DNA of 64,000 bases from an uncultured Gemmatimonadales bacterium (lineage in GTDB: Bacteria > Gemmatimonadota > Gemmatimonadetes > Longimicrobiales > RSA9): positions 4,544,001-4,608,000 of the forward strand of contig OY970192.1 of the NCBI GenBank assembly GCA_963708135.1, given 5' to 3'. The notes beneath the pieces were generated by a model. That model did not search any database, was not told the DNA's origin, and saw only the letters and a list, made by a program, of their open reading frames with translations. The first letter of the stretch is position 1. The number at the start of each line of letters is the position of its first letter. Positions 40,991 through 51,365 of the stretch are shown here, piece by piece. Made by a program: the position numbers and the translations under genes.

Positions 40991-43900
40991 ATGGCGAACG
41001 GCATGGAACGGCGTGAGTTCCTGAAGGTGGTGGGGGTCGCGGGGGCGGGGGCGGCGATGGCGAGCTGCAGCTCCAAGGGGCCGGAGCGGCTGCTGCCGTA
41101 CGTGATCCCGGAGAAGGACATCGTCCCGGGCATGGCCACGTACTACCGGACCACGTGCCGGGAGTGCCCGGCCGGTTGTGGGATGGACATCAAGACGCGG
41201 GAGGGCCGCGCGATCAAGGCGGAGGGCAACCCGCTCTCTCCGATCTCGCACGGCAGGCTGTGCGCGCGCGGGCAGGCCTCGCTGCAGGGGCTCTACAACC
41301 CGGACCGGGTGCCGCAGGCGCTCGCGCGCTCGGGCGATTCCTACCAGAAGATCACGTGGGACGACGCGGAGCAGCGCCTGGCCGCCGCGCTGCAGCAGAA
41401 CCGCGGCCGCACGGTGTTCCTGACCGAGAGCTACCCGGGCACCCTGGATCGGCTGATCGATGACTTCTGCGCTGCCGTGGGCGCGCAGCGCGTGATCTAC
41501 GACACGTTCGACTACCAGCCGATCCGGGCCGCGAACCGGGCGCTCTTCGGCGTGGACGGAGTGCCGGTCCACGATTTCTCGCAGGCGGACGTCGTGGTCA
41601 GCTTCGGCGCCGACTTCATGGAGACCTGGCTCTCGCCGGTGGACTACGCGCACGGGTTCGTGCAGGCCACGGCGTACGGGGACGGCAAGGTCGGCCACTT
41701 CATCGCGGTGACGCCGCACCAGTCGCTGACGGACATGAACGCGGACGAGTGGATCCCCGCCCGTCCGGGCACGGAGCACCTGGTCGCGCTGGCGATGGCG
41801 AAGCTGGTGGCGGAAAAGACGGGGAGCGCGGGCGCGGCGGCGGGGCTGCTCGGCTCAGTGGACGTGGACCAGGCGGCCCGCGCGGCCGGCGTGCCGGCGG
41901 AGAAGATCCGGCTTGCCGCCGCGGCGTTCGGCAACGGCGGCCGCTCGCTCGCGGTCGGACCGGGCGTCTCCTCGGCCCACGCCTCGGCCACCGCGCTGGC
42001 GGCGGCCGTGGGCGTGCTAAACACGGTGGCGGGCAACGTGGGGAAGACGGTGCGCTTCTCCGAGCGCGAGGAGCACGCGGCGCGCGGCGTCGCCTACCGC
42101 GACGTGCAGCAGCTGTTCACGCGCATGAAGGCCGGGGAGGTGGGCGCGCTGCTGGTATACGGGCCGAACCCGCTCTACACGCTGCCGCCGTCGGACGACG
42201 TGGCGGCGGCGCTCGACAGGGTGCCGTTCGTCGCGTCGTTCGCGAGCTATCGGGACGAGACCACGGCACGCGCGCACCTGCTTCTCCCCGACCATCACTT
42301 CCTGGAGAGCTGGGGCGACTACGTCCCGCGCACCGGCGTGCGGTCCCTCATCCAGCCGGTGATGATGCCCGTCTTCGACACGAAGCAGACGGGGGATGTG
42401 CTGCTGTCGGTGGCGAAGCGGGCGGGCGTTTCGCTGCCCACCGCCGCCACCACGTTCTACGACTATTTGCGCGAGCGCTGGGGCACCGACGTGCACCCGG
42501 GCGCGGGCGGCGCGGCGCCGTTCGAGGGCTGGTGGCGCGAGACCCTTCAGCAGGGCGTGGTCGTCACCACGCGCCCGGCAGGCGGGGCGGGGGCGTCGCT
42601 CTCCGGGGCGGGCCTGGCCGGGATCAAGTTCGAGGTTCCCAGCTTCCCCGCGGCGAAGGGAGGCGACGAGTTCCAGCTGATCACGTACCCGTCCTACAAG
42701 TACTACGACGGCCGGCTGGCCAACCGGCCGTGGTTGCAGGAGCTTCCCGATCCGGTCTCCAAGATGGGCTGGACCTCCTGGGTGGAGGTGAACCCGGAGG
42801 CGGCGCGCCGGCTCGGGCTGGACGAGGGGAGCCTGGCGGAGGTCGAGACGGCGCAGGGGAAGGTGCGGCTGCCCACCTTCGTGCACCCGGGCATGCGCCC
42901 GGACGTGATCGCGATCCAGCTCGGCCAGGGGCACCATGACCTCGGCCGCTGGGCGGAGGGGCGCGGCGTCAACGCGGCCGGCCTGCTCGGCGCGGTGGCG
43001 GAGCCGGCCTCCGGTGCCCTGGTCTACACGCAGACCAGGGCGACGCTGCGCGCGACGGGCGAGTGGGCGCGCTTCCCGCACCAGGGCAACGTGCTCACCG
43101 AATCCGGCCGCCACATCTACGACACCGTGAGCCTGGCCGAGGCGAACGCGGCAGCCGGCGCCCCGGCGGGCGCGGTGGCCGCGGGTGGCGAGCGGGGCGA
43201 GGCGGGCGAGACGAACCCGAAGGACAAGGTCGTCACGGAGCTGCAGAAGACGGGCGGCTTCGCGCCGGAGCCGGTCGAGGCCGGGCCCGCGGGCTACCCG
43301 CCGCCCTCCGTCTACTACGGCGAGTACACCGAGACGCAGCCACGCTGGGGGATGGCGATCGACATGGACCGCTGCATCGGCTGCAGCGCGTGCGTGACCG
43401 CATGCTACGCGGAGAACAACATCGGCATCGTGGGGCCCGAGCTCATGGCGAACGGGCGGATCCTGCACTGGATCCGGATCGAGCGCTACTACCCGCAGGC
43501 GGAGACGACGGCCGCGGCGGGCGCGACGTTCCTGCCGATGCTCTGCCAGCAGTGCGGCAACGCGCCGTGCGAGCCGGTCTGCCCGGTGTACGCGTCCTAC
43601 CACACGCCGGAGGGGCTGAACGCGCAGGTTTACAACCGTTGCGTGGGGACGCGCTACTGCGCGAACAACTGCCCGTACAAGGTGCGCTACTTCAACTGGT
43701 TCAGCTGGGAGTGGCCCGAGCCGCTGAACTGGCAGCTGAACCCGGACGTCACGGTGCGCGAGAAGGGCGTGATGGAGAAGTGCACCTTCTGCGTGCAGCG
43801 GATCCGGGACGCCCAGAACCAGGCGCGACTCGAGGACCGGGGGCCGCACGATGGCGAGATCGTGCCGGCGTGCGCGCAGACGTGCCCCGGCGAGGCGATC

Positions 43901-44041
43901 GTGTTCGGCAACGTGAAGGACCCGAACTCGCGGGTGGCGCAGGTCTCGGCTTCGGGGCGGGGCTATCGCGTGCTGGAGGACCTCAACACGCAATCGGCAA
44001 TCACCTACCTGAAGAAGGTAGTCGAATCTTCGGAGGCCTAG
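40991..44041 (+). CDS. actB: Alternative complex III subunit B (molybdopterin-oxidoreductase-like plus Fe-S domain)
   Basis: Tat motif RREFLK with lipobox Cys; NRPWLQELPDP; CIGCSAC, CQQCGNAPC, CVGTRYCANNCP, EKCTFC. Confidence 0.9.
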   Translation: MANGMERREFLKVVGVAGAGAAMASCSSKGPERLLPYVIPEKDIVPGMATYYRTTCRECPAGCGMDIKTREGRAIKAEGNPLSPISHGRLCARGQASLQGLYNPDRVPQALARSGDSYQKITWDDAEQRLAAALQQNRGRTVFLTESYPGTLDRLIDDFCAAVGAQRVIYDTFDYQPIRAANRALFGVDGVPVHDFSQADVVVSFGADFMETWLSPVDYAHGFVQATAYGDGKVGHFIAVTPHQSLTDMNADEWIPARPGTEHLVALAMAKLVAEKTGSAGAAAGLLGSVDVDQAARAAGVPAEKIRLAAAAFGNGGRSLAVGPGVSSAHASATALAAAVGVLNTVAGNVGKTVRFSEREEHAARGVAYRDVQQLFTRMKAGEVGALLVYGPNPLYTLPPSDDVAAALDRVPFVASFASYRDETTARAHLLLPDHHFLESWGDYVPRTGVRSLIQPVMMPVFDTKQTGDVLLSVAKRAGVSLPTAATTFYDYLRERWGTDVHPGAGGAAPFEGWWRETLQQGVVVTTRPAGGAGASLSGAGLAGIKFEVPSFPAAKGGDEFQLITYPSYKYYDGRLANRPWLQELPDPVSKMGWTSWVEVNPEAARRLGLDEGSLAEVETAQGKVRLPTFVHPGMRPDVIAIQLGQGHHDLGRWAEGRGVNAAGLLGAVAEPASGALVYTQTRATLRATGEWARFPHQGNVLTESGRHIYDTVSLAEANAAAGAPAGAVAAGGERGEAGETNPKDKVVTELQKTGGFAPEPVEAGPAGYPPPSVYYGEYTETQPRWGMAIDMDRCIGCSACVTACYAENNIGIVGPELMANGRILHWIRIERYYPQAETTAAAGATFLPMLCQQCGNAPCEPVCPVYASYHTPEGLNAQVYNRCVGTRYCANNCPYKVRYFNWFSWEWPEPLNWQLNPDVTVREKGVMEKCTFCVQRIRDAQNQARLEDRGPHDGEIVPACAQTCPGEAIVFGNVKDPNSRVAQVSASGRGYRVLEDLNTQSAITYLKKVVESSEA

Positions 44042-44047
44042 CCGAGC

Positions 44048-45439
44048 ATGGCGACCGTGATCCGCTCCGAGACCCACCCGGCGATCGAGTCGTACGCCGA
44101 GGTCAACCGCGACGTCCTCAAGCTGCTGTCGCGGCCGGGGAAGGGCTACCTGGCGCTGCTGGCGCTGGTGCTGGCCGGCGTCGGCCTCATGGCCTTCGCG
44201 TTCGGGACGCAGGTGTACCTCGGCATCGGGATGACCGGGCTGCGCAACCCGGTGGGGTGGGGCCTCTACATCACGACCTTCGTGTTCTGGGTTGGCATCG
44301 CGCACTCGGGGACGCTGATCTCGGCGATCCTCTACCTGTTCCGCGCGCGCTGGCGGCAGTCGATCTACCGGGCTGCCGAGGCCATGACCGTGTTCGCGGT
44401 CATGACGGCGGGGCTGTTCCCGATCATCCACCTCGGTCGCCCCTGGCTCTTCTACTACCTGCTGCCGTACCCGAACCAGCGCCTGATCTGGCCGAACTTC
44501 CGCTCGCCGCTCCTCTGGGACGTCTTCGCGGTGGGCACCTACTTCACGGTCAGCGCGACGTTCTTCTTCATCGGGATGATCCCCGACATCGCCGCCGCCC
44601 GTGACGCGGCGACGGTCCGCTGGCGGCGCAAGCTCTACGGCGTGCTCTCCCTCGGCTGGCGCGGTACGAACTGGGAGTGGAAGCACTTCACGCGCGCGTA
44701 CCTCTATCTAGCCGCCCTGGCGACGCCGCTCGTGCTCTCGGTGCACTCGGTCGTGTCCTGGGACTTCGCCATGTCGCTGGTGCCGGGGTGGCACTCCACG
44801 GTGTTCGCGCCCTACTTCGTGGCGGGCGCGATCTACAGCGGCCTGGCGATGGTGCTCACGCTGCTCATCCCGATCCGTAAGATCTTCGGGCTCGAGGCCT
44901 ACTTCACGCCGCGCCACATCGAGTCGATGGCGAAGGTGATGCTGCTCACCTCGATGATCGTTTCGTACGCGTACGTGTGCGAGGCCTTCGTGGGCTGGTA
45001 CAGCTTCGAGCCGTTCGAGGTGACGGGCGGCTACATACTCTACGGTGCGGTCGGCACCTTCTGGTGGTCAACCTGGCTCATGCTGACGTGCAACAGCTTC
45101 GTGCCGCAGCTGCTGTGGTTCAGGAGCGTGCGGCGCAGCATCCCGGCGATGTTCGTGATCACGTTGTTCGTGAACATCGGGATGTGGTTCGAGCGCTACT
45201 CGATCATCGTGATCAGCCTCTCGCACGAGTACGCGCCGTGGCAATGGGAGGCGTACAAGCCGTCCTGGGTGGAGCTGTCGATTCTGGTGGGGAGCTTCTG
45301 CTGGTTCTTCATGTGGTTCCTGCTGTTCCTGAGGCTTCTGCCGGCGATCTCGGTGGCCGAGCTGAAGGAAGTGCTGCCGGCGCCGCTGCGTTCGCGAAGG
45401 CGGCTTCGCGCGGCGGCGGGTCCCGAGGAGGTGAGCTGA
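44048..45439 (+). CDS. actC: Alternative complex III quinol-binding subunit (NrfD/PsrC family)
   Basis: FVFWVGIAHSGTLISA, HLGRPW, NFRSPLLWD, VHSVVSWDFA, MWFER. Confidence 0.93.
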   Translation: MATVIRSETHPAIESYAEVNRDVLKLLSRPGKGYLALLALVLAGVGLMAFAFGTQVYLGIGMTGLRNPVGWGLYITTFVFWVGIAHSGTLISAILYLFRARWRQSIYRAAEAMTVFAVMTAGLFPIIHLGRPWLFYYLLPYPNQRLIWPNFRSPLLWDVFAVGTYFTVSATFFFIGMIPDIAAARDAATVRWRRKLYGVLSLGWRGTNWEWKHFTRAYLYLAALATPLVLSVHSVVSWDFAMSLVPGWHSTVFAPYFVAGAIYSGLAMVLTLLIPIRKIFGLEAYFTPRHIESMAKVMLLTSMIVSYAYVCEAFVGWYSFEPFEVTGGYILYGAVGTFWWSTWLMLTCNSFVPQLLWFRSVRRSIPAMFVITLFVNIGMWFERYSIIVISLSHEYAPWQWEAYKPSWVELSILVGSFCWFFMWFLLFLRLLPAISVAELKEVLPAPLRSRRRLRAAAGPEEVS

Positions 45440-45978
45440 TGCACGGGCACACCGAGCCCGGGATCCTGGCGAGCTTCGACACGCTGGACGCGGCGGTGTC
45501 GGCGATCGAGAAGGTACGGGCGCAGGGGCTGGGCGAGCTGGTGGTGTTCACGCCGGTGCCACGGCACGAGCTGGACCATGCGCTACACGAGCCGGAGAGC
45601 TCGGTCCGCCTCTACACGCTCGTGGGCGGGCTGACGGGAGCGGCGACCGGGTTCGCGCTGACGACGTGGACCTCGCTCGACTGGCCGCTGATCACGGGCG
45701 GGAAGCCGATCATCTCGCTGCCGCCGTTCGTGGTGATCGCCTTCGAGCTGACGATCCTTTTCGGGGCGCTGTCGACAGTGCTGGGGCTGTTCGTGAACGC
45801 GCGGCTGCCGCGGGCGCGGCTGGAAGTGGTCTACGATCCGTCGTATTCCGCGGACCGCTTCGGTGTGTTCGTGGCGCCCGCTGGCGGGAAGGAGGCGGAC
45901 GCGCGGCGCGCGCTGGAAGAGGCCGGGGCGGTGGAGATCCGGGAGCGCCCGGAGGAGGTGGATGTTGGTACGCTCTGA
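45439..45978 (+). CDS. actD: Alternative complex III subunit D (DUF3341)
   Basis: WPLITGGKP, FELTILF; position in the operon. Confidence 0.88.
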   Translation: MHGHTEPGILASFDTLDAAVSAIEKVRAQGLGELVVFTPVPRHELDHALHEPESSVRLYTLVGGLTGAATGFALTTWTSLDWPLITGGKPIISLPPFVVIAFELTILFGALSTVLGLFVNARLPRARLEVVYDPSYSADRFGVFVAPAGGKEADARRALEEAGAVEIRERPEEVDVGTL

Positions 45979-46615
45979 GGCGCGGCGGCGGGGCGGGGCG
46001 GCGGCGGTGCTGCTGGCGGCGACTGTGCTCGGCGGGTGCACGCGCATCGACAACGCACTGGCGACGGTCCCGTTCTTCTCGTTCATGCAGTCCTCGCCGG
46101 GCTTCGATCCCTACGAGGGCACCCGGCCGGCGCCGCCGGGGTCGGTTCCTTACGAGTCTCCGAACGAGGAGCAGACGGTTCCGCCGGTGGAGCCGAACGA
46201 GGCGTCGCTGCAGGCGTTCGCGGCGCAGGTGAAGAACCCGGTGCCGATGAGCGACACGGTGGCGCTGCGTCAGGGGGCTGATCTCTTCCACCGCTACTGC
46301 TTCGTCTGCCACGGCCCGACGGGCACGGGGAACGGGCCGATCATCGGGCCGGGCAAGTTCCCGTTTGCGCTGAACCTGATGCTTCCGGTCACGGTGGCCC
46401 GCAGCGACGGCTACATCATGGGGATGATCACCGCGGGGCGGGGGCTCATGCCGGAGTACGGCAGCAAGATCCCGGTGCCGGAGCGGTGGTACATCGTGAA
46501 CTACGTACGGACCCTGCAGCAGCGGGCGGCCGCCGGGGCCGGGCAGGCCGGGGCGGCGCCGGCGGGTGTGCCGTCGGCGTCGCCTGGCGCGGGCGGCGCG
46601 GGTGCGGGCCGCTGA
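45962..46615 (+). CDS. actE: Alternative complex III monoheme lipoprotein cytochrome c
   Basis: Lipobox LGGC; CFVCHG; GLMPEY; RWYIVNYVR. Confidence 0.88.
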   Translation: MLVRSEARRRGGAAAVLLAATVLGGCTRIDNALATVPFFSFMQSSPGFDPYEGTRPAPPGSVPYESPNEEQTVPPVEPNEASLQAFAAQVKNPVPMSDTVALRQGADLFHRYCFVCHGPTGTGNGPIIGPGKFPFALNLMLPVTVARSDGYIMGMITAGRGLMPEYGSKIPVPERWYIVNYVRTLQQRAAAGAGQAGAAPAGVPSASPGAGGAGAGR

Positions 46616-46626
46616 GGATGTGAACA

Positions 46627-47916
46627 ATGGCGCATGACGTGGTCGATCTGGATGTGCCGGTGCTCCGCCTGGAGGCGCCGAAATGGCTGCTGGCGGGCGT
46701 GCTCGTGCTCATCGGCGTGGTGGCGTTCATCCTGGCGCTGGTGACGGACACGGACCGGGCCTGGCACGCCTACCTCTACAACTGGATGTTCTTCGCGTGC
46801 ATCGCATCCGGGGCGGTGATGCTCTCGGCGGTGGTGACCATCGCGCGGGGGCTCTGGTCGCAGCCGATCCGGCGGATCGCAATGGGCTTCGTCGCGTACC
46901 TGCCGATCTCGTTCCTGCTCTACATCCCGCTGATGTTCGTGGGGCGCCACATCTTCCCGTGGGTTCACGGCGGGCTGCCGCCCGGCAAGACGGCGTGGCT
47001 GAACCTGCCGTTCGTGGCCGTGCGGAACGTGCTGGCGCAACTGGCGTTCGTGTCGGTGGCGGTGGCCTTCGCCTACTGGTCGCTGCGGCCGGACGCGGGG
47101 CTCGCGCGCGACGGCGCGCCGACGCATCTGGACGGCGTCTACGCGCGGCTCACGCGTCGCTGGCGCGGCCAGGAGCAGGAGGAGATCCGGGCGTCGCACA
47201 ACACGGCGGTTCTCGCGCCGGTCATGGTGCTGCTCTACGCGCTCTCCTTCAGCCTGATCGCCTTCGACTACGTGATGTCGCTGGATCCCGAGTGGAAGAG
47301 CACGCTGCTGGGCGGCTACTTCTTCATGAGCGCGTTCCTCGGCGGCATCGCGGCCACGTCGGTGGCGGTGTTCTTCTACGGCCGCTCGCTGGACCTGAGC
47401 AACGAGATCCGGCCGACGAACGTACACGACCTGGGCAAGCTGCATTTCGCGTTCAACATCTTCTGGGCGTATCTCTTCTGGGCGCAGTTCATTGTGATCT
47501 GGTACGGCCTGCTGCCGAACGAGCAGAACTGGGTCTCGTACAGGTTCGGGCACCCGTACTTCGTGATCGCGGTGCTGGTGCTGCTCTGTCTGTTCGTGAT
47601 CCCGTTCTTCACGCTGCTGGGCGTGAAGCCGAAGCGTACGCCCTGGATCCTCGCGACGGTCTCGACGATCGTGCTGTTGGGGCTCTGGTTCGAGCGCAAC
47701 CTGCTGGTCTATCCGTCCTGGTACCACGAGACGGGCCGCATCATCTTCGGTTGGCAGGAGATCGGGATCACGCTCGGCTTCGCGGGGCTGCTGCTCGGGG
47801 CCGTGACGTGGTTCGGCTCGCGCTTCCCGGTGCTGCAGCTGTGGCGGCCACTCGCGGAGCTGGAGCTGCTCGGGCACCTCAAGCAGGACCCGATGGAGCA
47901 GGTGACGGAGAGCTGA
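46627..47916 (+). CDS. actF: Alternative complex III subunit F
   Basis: Polytopic; DYVMSLDPEWKST, HDLGKL, FWAYL...QFIVIWYG. Confidence 0.88.
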   Translation: MAHDVVDLDVPVLRLEAPKWLLAGVLVLIGVVAFILALVTDTDRAWHAYLYNWMFFACIASGAVMLSAVVTIARGLWSQPIRRIAMGFVAYLPISFLLYIPLMFVGRHIFPWVHGGLPPGKTAWLNLPFVAVRNVLAQLAFVSVAVAFAYWSLRPDAGLARDGAPTHLDGVYARLTRRWRGQEQEEIRASHNTAVLAPVMVLLYALSFSLIAFDYVMSLDPEWKSTLLGGYFFMSAFLGGIAATSVAVFFYGRSLDLSNEIRPTNVHDLGKLHFAFNIFWAYLFWAQFIVIWYGLLPNEQNWVSYRFGHPYFVIAVLVLLCLFVIPFFTLLGVKPKRTPWILATVSTIVLLGLWFERNLLVYPSWYHETGRIIFGWQEIGITLGFAGLLLGAVTWFGSRFPVLQLWRPLAELELLGHLKQDPMEQVTES

Positions 47917-47932
47917 GCGGCGGGGCGGACGG

Positions 47933-48715
47933 CTACCGCTGGCGGGCGAGCACCTTCCTGACCTCAATGGCGATGGCGCGCAGCAGCCCGGCCTCGCGGC
48001 GATCCATGTCGGCCCGCCTGGCGAGGGCGCGCAGCACGCGGAGAATGGCATCGGGCTTCCGGCTCTTGAAGAAGTCGATGGCCGCGAGCGAGGCCTGGAC
48101 GTCCTCGAACAGCTGACGCGTCTCGGCCGCGGTGGCCGGCGGGGTGGTGCGGCGGGGACGGGGAAGCGGCTTCTCCGTCCCCGCACGCGCGAGGTACAGC
48201 TCGTAGGCGAGGACGAGCACGGCCTGCGCCAGGTTGAGCGAGGAGTGGCGCGGGTCGGTGGGGATGGTGACCAGCCGGTCGCACGCATCGAGCTCCTCGT
48301 TCGAGAGCCCCTTGTCCTCGCGCCCGAAGACCAGCGCGACGGGCCCCCTGCCGGCGCCGGCGATGGAGAGGATCTCGGGCGCGGCCTCGCGCGGGTGCTG
48401 CCAGACGTAGGGTGCGGCGCGCCGGCGGGCGGTGGTTCCCACGACGTGCACGGAATCGGCGACGGCGTCGGGTAGCGCATCAAAGAACTCGATGCGCTCG
48501 AGCAGCGGCTCCGAGCCGTGCGCGATCCCCGCAATGCGGTAGGCGTCGTACTCGGCGGGGCGCACGAGGCGCAGCCGGTCGAGCCCCATGTTTCGCATCG
48601 CGCGCACCGTACCTGCTATGTTGACGAGGTCCTGCGGCTCGCTGAGGACGATGACGATGGCGTCCGCGGCCGCTTCATCCGCGACGCCGTTCCCGGCGCC
48701 ATTCCGCTCTTTCAT
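47933..48715 (-). CDS. trmJ: TrmJ/LasT-type SPOUT RNA methyltransferase
   Basis: [41 protein letters not shown]. Confidence 0.85.
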   Translation of the reverse strand: MKERNGAGNGVADEAAADAIVIVLSEPQDLVNIAGTVRAMRNMGLDRLRLVRPAEYDAYRIAGIAHGSEPLLERIEFFDALPDAVADSVHVVGTTARRRAAPYVWQHPREAAPEILSIAGAGRGPVALVFGREDKGLSNEELDACDRLVTIPTDPRHSSLNLAQAVLVLAYELYLARAGTEKPLPRPRRTTPPATAAETRQLFEDVQASLAAIDFFKSRKPDAILRVLRALARRADMDRREAGLLRAIAIEVRKVLARQR

Positions 48716-48763
48716 GGGCGGGAAGGTGGACCCCGGTGCGACGGCGCGTCAATAGGAGGAACC

Positions 48764-49738
48764 ATGGCCAGCTTCCAGGGCGCGGAATGGATCTGGAAGA
48801 ACGGGGAGATCGTCCCCTGGGCTTCCGCCACGATCCACGTCATGAGTCACGTGGTGCACTACGGCTCGTCCGTGTTCGAGGGGATCCGCTGCTATCGCAC
48901 GCCGGTTGGTCCGGCGATCTTCCGGCTCGGCGACCACATGCGCCGGCTGCAGGACTCCTGCAGGATCTACCGCATGGACGGGGTGCCGGACGCGGAGACG
49001 CTCCGGAAGGCCTGTCTCGAGGTGGTGGCGCGGAACGGGCTGGAGGCGTGCTACATCCGGCCGGTGGTGTTCCGCGGCTACGGGTCGCCGGGAGTGAACC
49101 CGACGGCGTGCCCGGTGGAAGTCTACATCGCGTGCTGGGAATGGGGCGCGTACCTGGGGGAGGAGGGGATGGCGCGAGGGGTGGATGCGTGCGTCTCGAC
49201 CTGGCAGCGCCCGGAGCCGAACACGTACCCGGCGGTGGCCAAGGCGGGCGGCAACTACCTGAACGGGCAGCTGCTGAAGATGGAGGCCCACGTGAACGGC
49301 TACGCCGAGGCGATCGCCCTCGGGCCGCGCGGCCTGGTCAGCGAGGGGAGCGGACAGAACCTCTTCCTCGTACGTAACGGCGTGTTGATCACGCCTGCCG
49401 TGGACGGCACCTTCCTGCGCGGGATCACCCGCGACACGATCCTCACGCTGGCGCACGATCTCGGGATCCCCGCCCGCGAGCAGGGCGTTCCGCGCGAGAC
49501 GCTCTACACGGCGGACGAGGTCTTCTTCGTGGGCACGGCGGCCGAGGTCACGCCGGTGCGGAGCGTCGACAGGATCAATGTCGGGAGCGGAACCGTTGGC
49601 CCGGTCACACGCGCGCTGCAGAAGCGATTCCTGGCGGTGGCGCGCGGCGAGGTCGAGGACGCGCACGGCTGGTTGACGCCGGTCCACGACGCGGCGCGCC
49701 CCCTTTCCGGCCTAGCTAGTGGACCGTATCCGAAGTAG
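48764..49738 (+). CDS. ilvE: Branched-chain amino acid aminotransferase
   Basis: [50 protein letters not shown]. Confidence 0.93.
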   Translation: MASFQGAEWIWKNGEIVPWASATIHVMSHVVHYGSSVFEGIRCYRTPVGPAIFRLGDHMRRLQDSCRIYRMDGVPDAETLRKACLEVVARNGLEACYIRPVVFRGYGSPGVNPTACPVEVYIACWEWGAYLGEEGMARGVDACVSTWQRPEPNTYPAVAKAGGNYLNGQLLKMEAHVNGYAEAIALGPRGLVSEGSGQNLFLVRNGVLITPAVDGTFLRGITRDTILTLAHDLGIPAREQGVPRETLYTADEVFFVGTAAEVTPVRSVDRINVGSGTVGPVTRALQKRFLAVARGEVEDAHGWLTPVHDAARPLSGLASGPYPK

Positions 49739-49883
49739 CGATGGCATTCGCTGGCGGATCGGACGCGACCCGCCGCGTTGCTCGTCGTCGAAATAGCGCT
49801 GCTATTCCTTCCTCCTCGCGCCTTGCGCTTCGCGCCCGCTCCGCCGGCTCGGTGCTCACCGAACTTCAGCTACGGTCCACTAG
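49716..49883. mobile_element. 168-bp MITE-like palindromic element with CTAG ends (long copy)
   Basis: Terminal inverted repeats CTAGTGGACCGTA / TACGGTCCACTAG; non-coding interior. Confidence 0.8.
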
Positions 49884-51187
49884 CCGCCGCTCTCCGGAGC
49901 GGGGGCGGGTATCCGCCCCGCGCCCCGGGGCACGAGGAGGCCCAGCAGGAGCGCCGCCAGGAGCGCGAGTCCGGCTCCCGCGAGAAACGCCGTTTCCGCG
50001 CCGAATCGCTGCCAGAGAAATCCGAACAGCAGGCTGGCCGGAAGGGCGGCAATCCCGATGGAGGCGTGGTAGACGCCGAATCCGAGACCCCGGATGTCCG
50101 CAGGGGCGAGCCCCGCCACGAGCGCCTTTTCCGGCGCTTCCGTCAATCCGTAGAACAGGCCGTAGACCAGGAACAGCGCCCAGATCTCCCACTCGCGGGA
50201 CGCCACGGCGAAACCGGCGTACGTGGCCGCGTAGAATAGCCAGCCGGCCAGGATGGCCCGCCGCGGGCCGGCCCGGTCCGCGAGCAGCCCGCCCGGGACG
50301 CTCCACGCCATCTTGCTGACGTGGAAGGCGGCCCAGAGGACAGGCACGAGCACGAGCGCCACGCCGAGGTCCTGCGCCCGCAGGAGCAGGAACGCGTCGG
50401 ACGCGTTGCCCAGCGTGAAGACGACCAGCACCCCCATGAGCCGGAGGAACGGGCCGCCGAGGCGGTCGAAAGCCGAGGCCGACGCCGGCGGATCGCCCGG
50501 TGGGACCGCTCCCGCCCCGGCCGGCGCGCCGCGGCCGCGGGCGGAAGTGGAGGCGGGCGAACCGGAGGAGGGCGGCGTCGCCTCGGGGATCGGGACATCA
50601 CGGACCCGCGCGGCCAGGACCGCCACCGCCACGAGCCCGGGAATGGCCGCGAGCGCGAAGACCAGCCGGAGATCCGACGGCAGCGCGAGGAGCAGAGCGG
50701 AGGCGAGGAGAGGTCCGAGCACGGCGCCGGCGTGGTCCGCGGCGCGGTGCAGCCCGAATGCGGCGCCCAGGCGCCCGGCCGGGACGGACTCGGCGAGCAG
50801 CGCATCCCGGGGGGCCGTCCGGATGCCCTTCCCGACGCGGTCGGCGAAGCGGATGACCAGGACGTGCCACGCCGCCGCGGCGAGCGCCATGAACGGCCGC
50901 GCGACGACCGCCAGGCCGTACCCCCAGACGGCGAGCGCCTTGCGGCGCCCCAGCCGGTCCGACAGCCAGCCGCCGCCCAGCTTGACCAGGCTCGCCGTCG
51001 CGTCCGCGACCCCCTCGATGAGCCCCAGGAACGCCGGCCCCGCCCCGAGCATCTGCAGGACGAAGGCGGGAAGTAGCGGGTAGATCATCTCGCTCGCGGT
51101 GTCGTTCAGGAACGACACGACGCTGAGCCACAGCACGTTGCCCCGGAGCAGCCCGCGCACCCCGTTCGGCCCTTCCGCTGCGTTCAA
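49880..51187 (-). CDS. MFS transporter
   Basis: SFLNDTASEMIYPLLP, GWLSDRLGRRK, DRVGKGIRTAPRDALL; TTG start after GGAGG inferred. Confidence 0.9.
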   Translation of the reverse strand: MNAAEGPNGVRGLLRGNVLWLSVVSFLNDTASEMIYPLLPAFVLQMLGAGPAFLGLIEGVADATASLVKLGGGWLSDRLGRRKALAVWGYGLAVVARPFMALAAAAWHVLVIRFADRVGKGIRTAPRDALLAESVPAGRLGAAFGLHRAADHAGAVLGPLLASALLLALPSDLRLVFALAAIPGLVAVAVLAARVRDVPIPEATPPSSGSPASTSARGRGAPAGAGAVPPGDPPASASAFDRLGGPFLRLMGVLVVFTLGNASDAFLLLRAQDLGVALVLVPVLWAAFHVSKMAWSVPGGLLADRAGPRRAILAGWLFYAATYAGFAVASREWEIWALFLVYGLFYGLTEAPEKALVAGLAPADIRGLGFGVYHASIGIAALPASLLFGFLWQRFGAETAFLAGAGLALLAALLLGLLVPRGAGRIPAPAPESGG

Positions 51188-51365
51188 CTCACCCCTCCAG
51201 CCGGGGCGCCGGCCGCGGCCCGCACTGCTCCGGCGCCAGTCCGGCAGCCGTTTGGTCCACTGGCCGAATCCCGGTGCGGCGGACTCGATTTTGCACTTTA
51301 CCTGCGCCGCCGGAGCCGGGCAAGATGCCCGGCTCCTTGCACTTAGAGGATAACCGAGGCGTTCT

